Assembly (NCBI GenBank): GCA_035510575.1
Contig: DATKGV010000006.1
Coordinates: 1 to 62,319 of the forward strand
Length of the DNA: 62,319 nt
Reading direction: 5' to 3'
DNA from: Minisyncoccota bacterium
GTDB taxonomy: Bacteria > Patescibacteriota > Minisyncoccia > Phycocordibacterales > UBA9973
The position numbers were made by a program, and so were the translations under genes. The notes beneath the pieces are model-generated. The model searched no databases and was not told where the DNA came from. It saw only the letters and a program-made list of their open reading frames with translations. Of this stretch, positions 61,772-62,319 are shown in pieces (the first letter of the stretch is position 1; each line of letters starts with the position of its first letter).

Positions 61772-62319
61772 ATGAAAAATACTTTATTTCTTAAGCATTT
61801 ATTAAAAAATCATTGGCCCCGCATCCTCTCGGTAATTTTCTTCATATTATTATCAATATCATACGTTAAAATATTCGCTATCGGCTCGCCATACGCGCCG
61901 GGAGCAACATTAGATCCGGCCTGCGCTCCGGGAGATGCGAATTGCATAGTCCAAGTTATTCCTGCTAATCAGACCAGTAATATGGTAAGTAGCAATGGTT
62001 TAATAACTAACGGCACAAATGGAGATTTAGGCGGAGGCGGATTGCTCGGTTCAACAAGCACACTGGGAACAGAAACATGGCTGGGAACAGATCCAGCCAC
62101 TATGGGCACGGCCTCAACTACTAATACTGTGTTTATTGGAATTAATGCCGGCCAGAATGCCACTTCCGCTGCCAGCTCCATATTCATCGGAAATAATGCC
62201 GGTCTTAATGATTTAGTTGACAATGTAACTATACCCGGCACTTCCATTTTAATCGGTGACAACACCAGCACTGGCGGATTTCAAAACTCTATCGCTATCG
62301 GCGCAGGCGCTGTTAATAC
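61772..62319 (+). CDS. Paralog of the 53512-55782 tail-fibre-like protein (5' part; runs off the window)
   Basis: Hand translation gives MKNTLFLKHLLKNHWPRILSVIFFILLSISYVKIFAIGSPYAPGATLDPACAPGDANCIVQ..., about 80% nucleotide identity to 53512-53700. Not in the ORF track because no stop is reached. Confidence 0.75.
   Translation, partial: MKNTLFLKHLLKNHWPRILSVIFFILLSISYVKIFAIGSPYAPGATLDPACAPGDANCIVQVIPANQTSNMVSSNGLITNGTNGDLGGGGLLGSTSTLGTETWLGTDPATMGTASTTNTVFIGINAGQNATSAASSIFIGNNAGLNDLVDNVTIPGTSILIGDNTSTGGFQNSIAIGAGAVN

Overview
This is an AT-rich bacterial chromosome fragment. GC is about 30-45% by eye and was not computed. Gene content suggests a small-genome Patescibacteria/CPR-like organism (inference): many small genes, short-leader or leaderless promoters, homing-endonuclease genes beside tRNA and ribosomal-protein genes, and large surface proteins. 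I saw no rRNA genes and no CRISPR array.

The left ~17 kb looks accessory:
- A 7-gene operon (581-7811) places an SDH/ClpP-fold serine protease, a membrane protein and a possible PIN-like protein in front of a type III R-M pair (mod/res), a 43-aa acidic protein and a wHTH protein. The island is bracketed by ~200-bp inverted repeats. It ends in a GC-rich structured non-coding element next to tRNA-Arg(TCT).
- A GC-rich (~50%) insert carries an unannotated 21-aa peptide gene directly upstream of a radical SAM/SPASM enzyme, which is a candidate RiPP cassette.
- Four small nucleotide-handling enzymes sit in a row (CYTH, P-loop kinase, histidine phosphatase, Nudix).
- A decayed serine-recombinase scar follows them.

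The remaining ~45 kb is mostly core:
- Housekeeping genes: ABC transporters, peptidase, RluA, rplS, msrA, tpiA-pgk, recJ, rnhA, rpmB and rpsL-rpsG-fusA.
- A B12 module: a class II RNR followed by a cobalamin riboswitch that controls DUF4430/transcobalamin-like proteins.
- Oxidative-folding genes: VKOR, a Trx-like protein and DsbB.
- A split comEC with an antisense SOD gene between the two halves.
- Mobile or decayed elements: two miniature GIY-YIG cassettes (one at the tRNA-His 3' end, one in the rpsG-fusA spacer), a free-standing LAGLIDADG gene, and a collapsed zinc-ribbon paralog.
- Tail-fibre-like proteins with an S74 intramolecular-chaperone domain, on both sides of the str operon.

All functional calls rest on motifs read in the supplied translations. 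No database search was run.
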